Shown here: piece by piece, positions 24,301-37,929 of the stretch
How positions within the stretch are numbered: the stretch's first letter is position 1
How the letters are laid out: each line of letters starts with the position of its first letter
Origin: Epiperipatus broadwayi
Lineage: Eukaryota > Animalia > Onychophora
Assembly: GCA_028023455.1 (NCBI GenBank)
Contig: JAQFVV010000005.1
Location: 21,204,001-21,268,000, forward strand
Reading direction: 5' to 3'
DNA: 64,000 nt
Translations under genes and position numbers: made by a program
The notes under the pieces: generated by a model
Seen by the model: only the letters and a program-made list of their open reading frames with translations
Databases searched by the model: none
What the model was told of the DNA's origin: nothing

Positions 24301-26344
24301 ATTCTCTTTATAGATATTTTTTATATTAAAATGAACCTTTTCAAGAGCAGCATATACAAAACATATATTATTCAGAGTTCATATGAGATGTAATTAATAT
24401 AATGTTTTGGATGGTTTATACCTACCCAGTTGTTGAAAAATGTCCAAATGAAATGTTAATACAATATTACCATTAAATTATACATTGATGAACCTGGACA
24501 ATATAAGGAGCTCAAGCTTAATTAAACCAAGAAATTTTAATATGTTGTCAAAGCAAACCCAATAAATAAAAGATGGATTCCATCTTTTAGTCTGGTCTAA
24601 GGTCTTAATAGGAAAATATAACCTTGTTTGAAAGTAGACTAATAGTAATTTTTAAAATTTTCAAACGCTACTTTTATTAATTATTACTTAGATCTTAAAG
24701 CTAATTTTGCACAAAATTAGGTGGTTTTATAAAAGTAATCATATGTCATCAGCCCAAGCTTATTTAAACAATGAATCTTTAATCTGGTGACAAGGCAATC
24801 TCTGTAAGCAAAGATAGATTCCAACTTACTTTCATTAACGGATTGATATTTTTATATTCCTAAAAATTTGAATAAACTCTGTTAAACAACAATCTCTTTT
24901 TCACAAGGGTAAAAGATGGAATTCATTTTTTACTTATAGAAGTTGAAAATAAATTGAAGATTCATAGATTAGATAACCTTGGGCTGTTATCTTGTGATTA
25001 TATTTATCAGTATATCTAATTTGTTAAAATCATGTTTAATATATATATATAGTCATTTCAAAATTAATAAATAAATGTCCTGCTATCCGGAATTAAAGTA
25101 ATCCATTCATTAAAAATATATAAAATCAACATTCCTCCTTTTTCTTTTTAAAACTTGTTTATTCAAACTATAATTTTATTTTTACTCCATACAACGTTTC
25201 AACTACTTTCTGTAGTCATTATCAATTTTTCTTAAACAAAAATAAAAAATAAAAATAATAATAACACAAATAAATAAAATATTAATACATCACAAATATA
25301 TGCGATGTTCAAATAAAACCACAATATTATTACATCTACAAATATAATTATTTACCTCCCCTACATTTAACTATTTCTTTTAAAATACCTTTATAATTTA
25401 ATATTCTTCTTATATAATTTTATTATCTATTCTCTAAATCTTTACCCATTAACATTCCTTTTAATACCCTTTTTATTCCTATATTAACTTATTTTTTTAT
25501 CTTTATTTATTAACATTATATTTAATACTGGTTTATACTGATCAATATATGCTTCCTCTTTTTTTATTCCCTATATCAAAATTTTCATGTTTAAATTCCT
25601 TTTTTATGAATATATATAGCAGATTTTTTATCATATAAATGCTGCCTTAATCTAGTCTTTAATTTATTCTTAAGAATGAATTCTTTGGAGAAAACTATTG
25701 TTTAAAGATATGACAATATTGAAAGAAATATATTTTTAAATATACATTGCTAAAGAATAAACATTTTAAAGTTTTTAGTAAATTTCTTATTTCTTTTCAG
25801 CATCTTCCAATAATTAAGCAAAAACTTTTCAAAATATTATGAACTGCTACAAAATACTGCATAAGTATAAAGTCTTTGACAGTATCAATATTATGGCCCA
25901 AAGAATATTGATCCAATGATACAGTTTATTGTAAATAAAAAATGTACTTCCAATCATGTGATTGATATTAATTAAAACTGACATTTTAAATCACCTCCTA
26001 CTTAACATACTTTATTAGAGTTTAAAGAGTAATATGGTATCCTGGGAAACAAGGTTAAAAATAAACTCATATACATAACTGTCTAAACTTAATTAAAAAT
26101 AGTAAATTATTAGACATTTATGAAATTAAAAATTATTACAATAAAAATAATAAATTATATTGGTTTGAATGGAATATTAATTTACATTAATCTTTTTTAT
26201 CAATTTATAAAATATCTAATATTATGTGAAGTTCTTCAGAATACTTTTCATTGTTTGAATTAAAGATATTTAAGAATAATTTTTAAATATTACTAACAAG
26301 GAAGTGAAAGACGAAATTTATAACACAAGAACACTCACATATGT

Positions 26345-26568
26345 ATTTATATATTGGACTATTTCCATCATCTAATATAAGAATTGAATGTCTTTAGAAA
26401 AATTTAACTTAATTTAAATACTCCAAATACATTCAACTGTTAGTAATATCAGGCAGGTTAGTATATGAACGCTGTTTTAAGAGGTATTACCCCCCCCTCT
26501 TCAAGTGTTTTTGACCTGACTAATATATAAATTTAACTAAAATACCATCATCATAAACTTTCAAAAAC
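26345..26568 (-). mobile_element. Solo pLTR (family B) with 5' inversion and 14-bp TSD
   Basis: TSD acactcacatatgt at 26331-26344 and 26569-26582. The body matches 3551-3705. 26530-26568 is an inverted piece of the same tail. Decayed HHR TTGAAGA gggg..cctc AAAACAGCGTTC at ~26452-26520. Confidence 0.65.
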
Positions 26569-26849
26569 ACACTCACATATGTTCGTTAATGTTTTCTTTA
26601 TTTAAAATTGATAGCTTTTAATAATAGCAAATTAACACATCTTTTAATAATAATAAATTAACTCATCTTCTTTTAATTAACATGGCTTAACTTTATTTTC
26701 ACTGATTTAATTTTATTACAATTAGCATTAAGAAAAAAACACAAAAACTTAAAAGTGAAGTTAAAACAAAAAGAAGTTAAATACAAATACCTTTTATAAT
26801 CAAGTAAATTAAATAATAATACTTAATATTAAAGATTTAAATTCAGTTA

Positions 26850-28140
26850 TTGTTAAAGTTTAATTTGCGAGATGGTTTTGGACATCTCCAGTCTCATCGT
26901 TTCACTGCACATTCATCTCTTGGCATATAGGAGTATGTTGTTGTTCTGTATAAATGCCACTGGACCAGCTTCTGGGGACAGCAGTTGGCACAATTTGAAT
27001 GGCTCAGTTTTGCAGTCAGTCATTTTATTTCTCATGGATGTGTTCTCGTGCAAACATGAGCTGGTTAAAATCTGGGACATACCCTTTCCAAATTTCTTGA
27101 AGGTTCCACATTGAGTAGGGAAGTGTGGTGACAGGTTTACAATTATTAGAAGGTAGTAGTAGATCAGATGACTTGTAAGCTAATTACTTTGATATGCATA
27201 TTTAAAGAATTGTGGCAGGCTGAAGTTCAGACACACGATACAGTAGCGAACTTTGAACTGTGAGCATTGGGATAAAGTGAGAAACATAAAGCAGCAGGCC
27301 GGCCACCAGAATGGCATGCAAAATGACCTCTTTCTGTGCTTTTGCATAGAGATAAGGCTGGCAGTGTCCATGTAAATGGCATATTTATGTGTTTTGCATA
27401 AAAATAATGCCATCAAGCAGCTGGCATGAGCTAATAGAACAGTACCAAAGTATCTAATATAATAATTAACTAAAGTAAACCCAAAGATTTTAGTTTATTG
27501 GCTTCTGTGTCAGTAATTGTACTGTTCTTGTCAATTCAAAAGATAAGCTGAAGAAGAGTTCACTGTTATCTGACAAACTATTGATATTCAATCAGTTCCT
27601 CTAATAGTTAATCTCTGTAATCTATATTCTTGTAGTTGAAGGTTGGAATTTAAGGAAAGATAACTAATCAATATGTTGGATAACTTGAATGGAATATTAA
27701 AATAATCTCTATATTTCCATCTTGCTATGGTAGGTTTAATAATTGATAACATCAACTTCATAGAGTCCATTCCTTGTTGATATTGAAAGGCATTCATTTC
27801 AGGTTGTAACTCAGCAGTGATTTTTATAACATTTATCAAAAATCCAGAAATTGCTGACAAACTTGAAAAATCAGTAACTGATGGCAGAAAAAAAGGGAAA
27901 GACACCATGGTGAAGCAAAATTTTGGAAAGATCTAGTTGCAAGCTCAGGTCATTTTTATGTAAGTCTGGTGGTGGTAGAAGCATCTCTAAAAGAACTATT
28001 GCTATCACTGCTAATGAAATTTCCAGTATTATATTTCAGATTTCTAAATCCAAAATAGATAGAATGAGAAAAAGCATCATTAGAGCAGAACTACGAGCTT
28101 CTTTTTTTTTTACAATATTCCTTGAATATCATTCTGATAA
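26850..28140 (-). pseudogene. Unassigned decayed coding-like segment with hydrophobic stretches
   Basis: GC richer than flanks. Long frames (27588..27908, 27180..27416 and neighbours) are broken by few stops. No motif recognised. Confidence 0.2.
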
Positions 28141-28189
28141 ATGATACATTTGAACATTCTTTGGTACTTGTGATTTTTGACTCATGTGG

Positions 28190-28351
28190 CCACCAGAGGC
28201 GCTGGTCTGTGTCAATCACAGAAATACTTGAGTAGGGGCCCCAAATGCAGCAATGCAAATTCCAGCCATTAGGTGGCGCTGTTCACAATGTGTAAGCACA
28301 GGAACATTACACCAGCTGGCTGGCAGCAAAGCTGTCCACTTGGTGGTGCTG
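28190..28351 (+). promoter_or_regulatory. Three co-oriented CTCF-like motifs
   Basis: ccaccagaggcgctg (28190), ccattaggtggcgctg (28266) and ccacttggtggtgctg (28336) versus consensus CCASYAGRKGGCRS. The last two sit in a ~70-bp repeat unit. Confidence 0.45.
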
Positions 28352-28399
28352 GTCGCAATGCATAAGCCCATTTAGCTTACATCATCCCATTCTTTTTAC

Positions 28400-29000
28400 T
28401 GTTTTAAATCAGAAAAGGATCTCAGGAGTAGATAATATACTTGTAGAATTTCTAAAAAATTTAGAACCTAAAACCAAAGCATGGTTGTAAAGATAATTAT
28501 GTAATATTTATTAGAAACTATTCCAGAAATTTGGCATAAAACCAAAACTATAGAAAACTCAACACTGACCTAAAAACTTATTATTCAATATCATCTACCT
28601 ATAGGAGACTGAGTTTAGGCTAATAAGAAGCTGCTGCGAATAAATTTTGTCTTTAACAATTCGTATTAAAAAAGTCTTTCAAAATAAATTAAAAAACTGG
28701 TGTAACTTTTATTGATCTAACCTCAATTTATAATTCTGTTTGGAGAAATGGTCATCTTGTAAACATTTTTCAAATCCTTATATGCAGGAAAATTAATTTA
28801 CTTAAGAAAATTCTCTCCATAGAAAAAATTTCAGTGACATTAAATGATATTCATAGTACATATAAAAATTTTCGGAATGGTCGTTCTCAATGCTTTGTTC
28901 TCTCACCTCCATTACAGAAGCACAGTGCAGAAAATTCATTCATGTTTAAAATATTGCTTTGACTTCACAAAAGAAATCCTTTCCTGAAATAGAAAAGTTT
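28400..29000 (+). mobile_element. Decayed LINE RT fragment (I/Jockey-group-like)
   Basis: NRSCCE*ILSLT..KVFQNKLK..FIDLT..YNSVWRNG..NGRSQCFVLSP are RT subdomain 2-4 motifs. Confidence 0.6.
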
Positions 29001-31169
29001 TCCAATAATAGTCTGAAAAACAATCCCACCCCATAGTCTAACTTATTTTCTTCATTTATCTAACGTTATTTTAATTAATTTTTAGAAATAATTTCCTTGA
29101 AATGTTGACTGTAACTATTTGCAATTGTTATGTAAGTATTCTTTCCTTAGTACTACCATACTTTACTGGTGAATATTATGCTTTTATTGGTAGAAAAAGT
29201 TCCTACACTAAATATTTGGATATTTAATTAAATATCACTATGTCAAATAGTAGTAGGACATTCAAGTCTTCTTCTTTGCAGTTGCTTCATGTTTGTTCAC
29301 ATATTTTCCCACTAGATATTAAAAGAAAGTCTGAGTGAAAATGTATAAAAAGTTATTAAGTATATTATACTTGCCAATAATCAAAATATAACTTCACTAA
29401 TGAAAACTCATCTCAAATCAAGTTCTGTTTTTTATATCTTAAACCAAGCATCTATAACTGAAGAATTATAGCATAAAAAATAGAATTCTTATTGAGTTTT
29501 TAAACAAATTTCTTTTTTCAGACCAAACAATAAAGCCAACTGGATTTTATTTTCCTAGATGTTGCTTGAGTCTCATTCACATATTCAGGACAACACATTG
29601 ACATTGTGCTCATGTGATTCATTATCAGTCACCAATCTTTATAAATGTAGACAAATACAAGCTATGAAACACATAGTTAATGACTGACAGATTTATAGCT
29701 ACAGTGGCAGAAATGTATGATTTAATACAGCTATAATGTATTTCCTAATTGGAATCTGTACAGGTTTCTTTGTGATATTCAATTAATAGTTATGCCATTT
29801 AAAAACAATAAACCATTGTCTAAATAAGTAATAATCTACAGAATTTTAATGTTTAAAATGCAACCTGTTTTGTTATATGGCACATTTTGTGTTCTATGTG
29901 CAAATGTATATATGTGGTTGTATGTGTATAAAACAAACTATCTTAGCCTTACGTTTTATTTCACAAGAAGAAAACTATTAAGGAATGTAGTGTCAACTTG
30001 TCAAATTGTAATCCAAGCTTTATTGGATCAGAATATTAGTTTTAGCAATTTTAAATTTTTAAGCCAAACTTGTTATTAATTGTCCGCACATTCTTTTGGA
30101 ATATATATATGATGCATATAAACTGTATAGATGTAAAAGGTAAAAAGTAATATACACAAAAATTCTACATATATAAAAGCTAATTAATACAAAACTAATC
30201 CAATTATAAAATAATTCAATATCTGTTCATTTATCAATTTAAAGCTACAACCAAGAAGTAGTTTAATATAAACCTTCTCCTAATAATAATAAAAATAAGC
30301 AAACAATGAAAGTTGACTCAAGAGAACTATAAAAAACATATAATATTAAATGGAATTTTTCTCACAAGAAAAGAGAGATTTAAGAAGACACTAAGAAAAA
30401 AGAACTGGTTGGTTAGCTAGCAACTGAAAGACAGACAATTCAATGCTTTTTTTGCAATTGAAGGTCTGCAAAATGAGCCTATAGACTAATACAAACCAGT
30501 CTGACTTTATTGTGAATAATTTACATGCTATATATGATAAGATTATATATTTATGTGTCCAGTATTAATACAACTTTATTGTCCTTACTGAACTATTATC
30601 TAATTACATGTTAAGTTTTCAAAACTATGATTAGTTTTGAGTAATATTTATTGTTGTTATTTGATTCTCAAGGCTGTTCCTATTGAAAAGGCAACATGTA
30701 ATACAGAATAAGGCGACAGCACAATCTATAAAGGCTTTGATTTGCTAATTAAAAAAAAATTCAAATACTTATTTAGCATGTGATGGGGGAATAATTTTCA
30801 GCAAAGTTTAGCTTATATGGTGACCAATTTGATAATATGAGCCAATTTAAATATATGGTAGATATTTTTTAAGTAAAAAGACAGGCTTGGATATTGAAGT
30901 ATTTTTTAGATTTTAATTAAATTTAATTTTATGTAAGGTTATTATTTTGTCTGATTTACTTTACGAAAATGAAATATTGACACCCTGCCAATGCAATATA
31001 AACAAGATTTTAAAAACCTATTTTAAGTATGCTCTGCAAAATTCTAAAGTATGGTGGAAAAAACACAATTAATTAGTATGTGATTTAGCTTACTTTTCCG
31101 ACATCATTTTTTAAATAGATAGTGTTAAACAATCATTTTCAAATAATGTTCATTATTTTCAATCATAAT

Positions 31170-32330
31170 TGATTCACTGCAAGATGAAAATTTCATAAAC
31201 TTTAATCCAGTTTTTCTAACCCCTAGCCTGTTCAAAACACACTAGCAAATTTATTATTTCATCCATCTGCCTTACATGAGGTCTCTTTCCAGATCTTTTG
31301 CAATCTTTTGGGATATAAGACTAATTATCTGTCTATTATTATCTCTTCTAGCAATATGTCTAGCCCAGTTTCATTTCATTCTCTTAATTCTTTTAATGGT
31401 GTCATTGATATCCATTTATTCTCTCACCCAAGTATTTCACTTTCAATCCCTTCTAGTTTTTCCCTACATATATTTATATATTGTTAAGTAATCTGAAGTC
31501 TCTGTATCTTCTGTATAATGTCTAAGACTCAAGAATTGGATAAATCCCATCTATTAAAAACTTTATTTTCAAATATGTAGACATATTTGCTTTAAATATT
31601 ATGTCTACCAAAAGCACTCCAATTAAGTTTAATTCTATGATTAATTGCATCTATTATGTTTCTATATCTGTATTAATAAGCTGACCAAAATTTTGTAGTT
31701 GTTAATTTCTTTCTAATTCATGATTATCAACAGTGAATTTCTTTTAAAAAAATCTATTATATATTTGTATATTCTTTTTTAGTATTCATCTTTAATCCTA
31801 CTTTCTTATTTTCTTTTGATAATTTTTGCAACAATTCCTAAAGCTCTGAATTATTATTTCAAAAACAATTACATCATCTGCAAAATCTAGATGTTTTAAA
31901 TAATTTTTATGTACTTTCATTCTATTAATTTCATATTTTAATTCACTGAATATTTTTTGTATAAATAATAACATCGAAATATTTATTCTATTAGCATTTT
32001 CTATCATTGTAAAATCATCATTATGATGTACATGTATATTCTCAAGACTATTTTTGAGGAATGATTCATCATTCATTGCAATTGTCTAGTCAGAGAAATC
32101 AGCTATCCTTAAAATTTAATGTATCTCAGTTCATATTATCCTTATGGGACATTATAACAGAATTCTACTCTTTACCATGACAAGTCTTTTCAACATTCTT
32201 TATAAATTTTCTTTGTAAATCATTCAGATAACCTGTCACGATTTTCTAAATAACTGTTATTAATCGATCAACTTTTATTTTAATTTTCAATATTATTTCA
32301 AAATCTGTCATTATTTAAAACAATTGAAAT
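31170..32330 (-). mobile_element. RTE-clade LINE fragment (same family as 19531-22692)
   Basis: ORF 31798..32076 contains YLKHLDFADDVIVF. The 3' end aligns with 22400-22680. Confidence 0.75.
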
Positions 32331-35300
32331 TAAAAAAGGGTTTAAATTTAATTTCATTTATATATATCATTTTATTTTTTATATACTATTACCCTTTCAT
32401 TCTTAATAAATAAATATCGTTAAGAAAAAAAAAGGTCAGTTGAATTATGGGAATCATTAAGAAAAAAATAAGGTCAATTGAATTATGGGAAAACTCTAGA
32501 CACTTGGGAAGCCATTTTGATTTCTGTCATTGATTGATAATTGATTTGTTCTTGTCTTTGCTGATGAAGCCTGGTTGTTCAAGCAGTCAGACATTATTTG
32601 ACATACAGCCTTGTTTTTCTGCAATCATTTTAAGTTGAAATATGATTGAAACAAAGCTGTGATGGTAAATAAATGCTGCTGTTTGATGTTGGTTATAAAT
32701 TATTAGGGATTTCAATTAATAACACACTAAATTTTGAAAATGCTGGAAAATAGCATTTCACTGATATTAAATTTTTATAAAGCAATAAATATAAGTGCAA
32801 ATTTATATAATAAAATAGTGAACTGATTTAAATAAGAAAAAAGTTAATTTATAAATAATTTTTATATTTAGAAGCTACAAGATTATATCTTGTTTTTGTG
32901 TATATATCTTTTTTCTTTAAATATATTTTAAAACCCCAACTCTAGCGTACATTCTTCAAAGATATGAATAATGTTTGACATTTGAAGATTAAATTGTAAT
33001 TACTTCTCTGATGACGTTTGCAATCTTAGACGTTATTGTTTTAAGTAAATTAATATTATACATAAAGAATATTTGACATCACATGTCTGTATTTAAATTT
33101 TAAGCAAACATTTGTCTATCCCTGTAATCAGGTAGATTCTCCATACTAATCAATACACTCACTATAATTTTTTATCTTTCTGTTTTCTCTTTTAGGATTA
33201 TATAAATAAAAGTTACCATTTTTTAAGATATTTAAAACAGTTTTTTTCTAGCTCAACTGCTACCATAATTTCATCATATAAACACAATATATTTCTCAAC
33301 TTCATCCATTCTCCTTAAAATCAATTCTAAAACTTCTGAATTGTTCTTCACTTAATTTTCCAGATCTCTGCTCTCCCATATAACTATTATTCCTATAATA
33401 ATTTTTATAAAGATAATTACAGTTTCATCAAACACCACAGGGTAAAATCTTTTATAAGTAGAGAGTATCAGTTACTTGTCTCATCCTATGTGATTTCCAT
33501 TGAGTTTTATCTCAGTGAAATTGATGCCATGAGTATTTAACTTATGTTGTTGTAACTCTCTTATGATGGCCTTAAATACTTTCACTTTTGATATAAAAAA
33601 ACAATTTACATTTTTTAAAATTAAATGTTATGCGTTAGTTATATTCAATTTCTGAAGATATAGGTAAAAAAAGTGCTCCACTAATTCATTGGGGTTTACC
33701 CATCGACCATGATATGCTTTTTAGTGAACCTCCCCCTCCCCTGTCATATAATAAAAAATATTGCAAGTTTGTTTTTGCTCTATGTATTTAATAATATCAG
33801 ATGTAAATATCATAAAATCAGTCGTTTTTAAATTAATATGAACACCACCCCCGAACTTAAAACCACACAGACCCCCAACCTAAAATTAATAATTCTTTAT
33901 TGGTGAACACCATTTTCACATATGATTACAACCCCCCCCCCCACAACCTATAATCTCATTTTGGAAAAATTGCTAAATTGGCATACTATCAATATTTTAG
34001 TAATAATTATGTTTTTAATTTTATTTTATTATGGAAGTTTTCATTTTGGTTATCATTTTATGTTTTGTATACAGTAAAAGTCTTTTTTTATTTAAATAGT
34101 TCAATAATTGCAAAATATTTAAATATCAAACTTCGATTCAAAATATATATATATTGATTAAAATATATTGTAATCAAATTCCTTATTGTCATGACTTATT
34201 CTCCAAAAAATATATCTGAATACTTTATATTTCAGAGTTTGACATTTGATCATACACTGAAACACACAGGGATTTGGACTGATTCGGATTTTGGAACTTC
34301 CAGCACTTGAATGCCTTATGCATTTCTGAGTAATAAAGCCATTTGATTATTATTGCTATTTTGACATATTCAGTAAATATGGTATGTTTAGTTGCTTGGA
34401 AGGTCATTTGATAAAAAGAAATTATAAATTGAGCTTTGATCCCAGAAACATTAGTTCTGGGGTCTGCCACACAAGCAGGTAAGCTAAACCACAACAAAAA
34501 ATATTGACTCAAGAGATCATGTGACATGGAAATGTTAGGAGCGACAAGTTGTTTTGATTTAGGAATCTTTAGCTCTTGAATGAGTCACTATTGGTCTACT
34601 GTTCTACTTATAGATTAGAGGCTACCTTTTTATTGAATCTATACTCGTGAGGGTTTTTAAGATTTTTTTTTCATAGCTTTTGCAAGTCTTTCTCTTTTCT
34701 AAGATACCTATAAAATTTTCTCATGTAATGGCAGAGATTACTGGTTGCAATGTCCTTGTTGACATAATGCATACATTTGTAAAAGAATCTCAAATATCTC
34801 ACACTACTAGGAAAATCCAATAACCTTTCTCTGGATCGCTTATTCAATTATTCTGTATTTTTTTTTCATATGTCATAGCATTGTCCGAGAGGCTAATTCA
34901 CAACAACCAACTGCTTGCTTGCAAGGCAACTGTCCTGACCTCTTGGCTAACAACACAAGATATCCCCAAACTTTCAGCTTAAACAGTGTGATAAGACAAG
35001 GGTAACTATCGACTATATTGCCATCTAAGGTAAGCTTGAGTAATCAGTGATTACCAGATGTGTAAAAAATTCCTATTCTTAATATTTAAATCCCCATCAT
35101 TTGACTAGTTTCTGGTTTTGGGACTCAAAGTTAAGAGAAATCCAGACCCATACACATTAATTACCTTTAACTCAGTTTTATCTGTCAAGCTAAAACTTGA
35201 AATTTAAAGAGCTTGAGACTTTGAATCCAAGTCAACATGCTTGAGCACTTATATAAATCTTAATCGAATTTAGAAACTACATATTTAAGTATCTTCTATT

Positions 35301-35912
35301 TTTCATTAATTGTAGGCATCTCATAATTGTTTAAGCAGATTGGCATATATTGAAAATCTTAAGTTGATTTGAATTTCAAATTTTTAGCTTGACAGTTAAA
35401 ACAACATTAATGGTTTTTATCAGAATCTTGTTTGCATTGCTTAAAACTATGAATCCCATCTCTTATTGATAAAGGCAGACCTGGAGATAGGGACTTAAAT
35501 ACTAAGGATGTAGATCTTATGTTTATTTAATAATAATGCACATTCGTAACTAGATAGCACTGCAGTGAAAAGCTGATTTCATTTTATCTGATGAATGTGT
35601 TTATTTATTTTTGGTTAACAGTTTAATTTTATGATCTTTCACAATAAGTTTTCATTTTGACTTATCATACAAATTGTTAACACCTTCTCTGCACATTTAC
35701 ATGCATACACAAATTTTGTTACAACCCATTATACTAAGATGCAACTCATTTTACAACCTTAATTGCAATTTACCATCTTTTTGAGATGTGAATGTTATTA
35801 ATAGCTATTTATTAGGCTAGAAATTGTTATTTATGTCAATATGTAAATTTTAAATACAATTAATGTTCAGTATATCTATTTCCCATCATGTATTGGCATT
35901 AAAACAGGCATA

Positions 35913-36140
35913 CAGTAGTGCCACTCAGTGCAAACCAGAGTAATCAATGGATGCCAGAAGGCTTGTGCACAAAATCCTATCTAGCACTTACTCATCCAAC
36001 ATCTCCAGACTAGTTTCTAGCTTGTAGCTTTTGTCAGTGAGGAGTCTTGGATCTGAGAGCACTGCACCTAGATATAGATTTTATGCACAAGCCTTCTGGC
36101 ATCCATTGATTACTCTGGCTTGCATTGAGTGGCACTACTG
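35913..36140. mobile_element. Tc1/mariner-type MITE
   Basis: ~70-bp TIRs (cagtagtgccactca...tgagtggcactactg) and TA TSDs at 35911-35912 and 36141-36142; 228 bp. Confidence 0.85.
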
Positions 36141-36893
36141 TATGGAGGGTTTTACCTGTTTTAATAACAGTTATGAGCAAGCATAAGAAATGGTGATTGT
36201 GTGATGTTTAGTGTTTTTGTGCATGACATTATCTTAACCTTCTCTCTTTTTTCACTGTTGTGACCCAATCATTCAATAATAATGCAAATGTTAAAATATT
36301 TTGAAGATTTAAAGCAATAAGATATATCCAACAGTTTAAATCTAAAATTTCACTTTGGTTACTGCTGGTAAATTGTAAATGTTTAGTTGTTAAAAGTACA
36401 AAATGCTTGGAAATGAATACTGAGATTCCCCTTTGGTGACACTTTCATCATACAAGTGGCTTGCCTTGTACACAGGTAATTAGTAGCTACAACATCTTAC
36501 TCCAGGCTCAAGTATACTTTACTGCATTCTATCAAATTGTGTACCATGATATCACTACAACCTCACAATTATCTAGTTTTATAACTACTTTTTCAAATAG
36601 ATCTCTAATATATAGCCAGAGCCCCTTCCTTTCTGAAAACAATCAGATGACCTATCTCTTCTATTAAATTATTTATATTATTCATTGGCTCTTTATTCAT
36701 TTTTTTTTTAAATTTCATTGGTCAACTATATTGTATATTCAATTTGATTTTGATAGCATTATAGTTTGGACAAGCCCATTATTTGAGAGTGAGCTTAAGT
36801 TGAGTTTAGAACATTCACGTTTGCGTATTATTAGATATATGTGGTCAAATGTCTTCTGCTGAACAAATGGATAAAGACATAAGAAAAAGCCAA

Positions 36894-36948
36894 ATGAATT
36901 CTAAGATGCATTTCTGCAGAACTAGCTTCATCAGTTAGATCAGATCAT
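36894..36948 (-). ncRNA. Type I hammerhead-like motif, core intact, imperfect stem II
   Basis: tctaa CTGATGA agctagttctgca GAAA tgc ATC ttaga. Palindromic stem III ATGCAT, AUC triplet. Confidence 0.65.
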
Positions 36949-37872
36949 CAAACCCTCGCAAGAGTCTTTACCACCGTTCATTGTTTATCTATTGAACTTT
37001 TGTTTCAATTTAATCTACATGAATACAACGCCTATCTAATCATAATGTCATACTTCATTGGAATTTAGGATAATAGTATTGATTTCTAACTGAATTCAAA
37101 ATCTAATTGTGAATTTTTCGGATTTCAAAAAATAGTTTTTTCCTCCTCTCATTATAAATCAAAATGTAAATAAAATTTGCAATTACGATCTACAATCTTA
37201 TTTATTTTTTTAAGTACAATACTTAAAACCTCCATTCCACCACCCAGTCTTGAAACATATGAATAAAAACATCTACAAAAGATAAACGATCTTTAGATAA
37301 ATACGTTAATGATTATTAATAATCATTTTATTAGGCTAGAGAACAGAAAGTTTAACCCTTGTAATCGAATTGTAATAGTTTTACGTACGGATAATTACTT
37401 CCCGTATAATATTTTTATTTATTTATTTGTAAATGCGTGTACAATCCAAATTATTAAATGTAAGGGTTGAAAATCATCTTTGAAATTTTTCTGATAAAAT
37501 AGAAGTTTTTGAATAATAGATAGTTTGATTAACGATATTTTATTTTATAACAATCTCTAGCTTAATAAATACTTGTTGTTACATTTTCATTTACCATTGT
37601 CAAACTTCCTCCACTCACAGCTTTGACGCCATCCATTTCAGATAAATACACTAATGATTATTACTAATCATTTTTGAAACTAGAGATTATCTCTAGCACA
37701 GATATAAACTTTAAATCTCAATTAAAGATTAATATATCTGATTTTTAAATTTACACACACGGAGTTATTCACCTTTCTCTGTCCCGTATGTAATATCTTT
37801 ATAGATATAACAAACGCCTCCATACTTCCCCATTCTTTTTAAATTCATATAAAAAGATATAATAAAAGACAA

Positions 37873-37929
37873 ATGACCCCCAAGATGCATTTCGCGCTGA
37901 ACCAGCACTCATCAGTTGGCCCAGGTCAC
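37873..37929 (-). ncRNA. Type I hammerhead ribozyme, intact
   Basis: gtgacc-tggg-ccaa CTGATGA gtgct ggttc agcgc GAAA tgc ATC ttgg-g-ggtcat. All core positions canonical; palindromic minimal stem III. Confidence 0.85.

Noticed and set aside
32555-32600. CTGATGAAGCC
   Set aside because: No downstream GAAA or stem III.
35182-35395. 23-bp inverted repeats 214 bp apart
   Set aside because: Flanks (TTAT/TTAA) do not give an exact TSD; a MITE call is unsupported.
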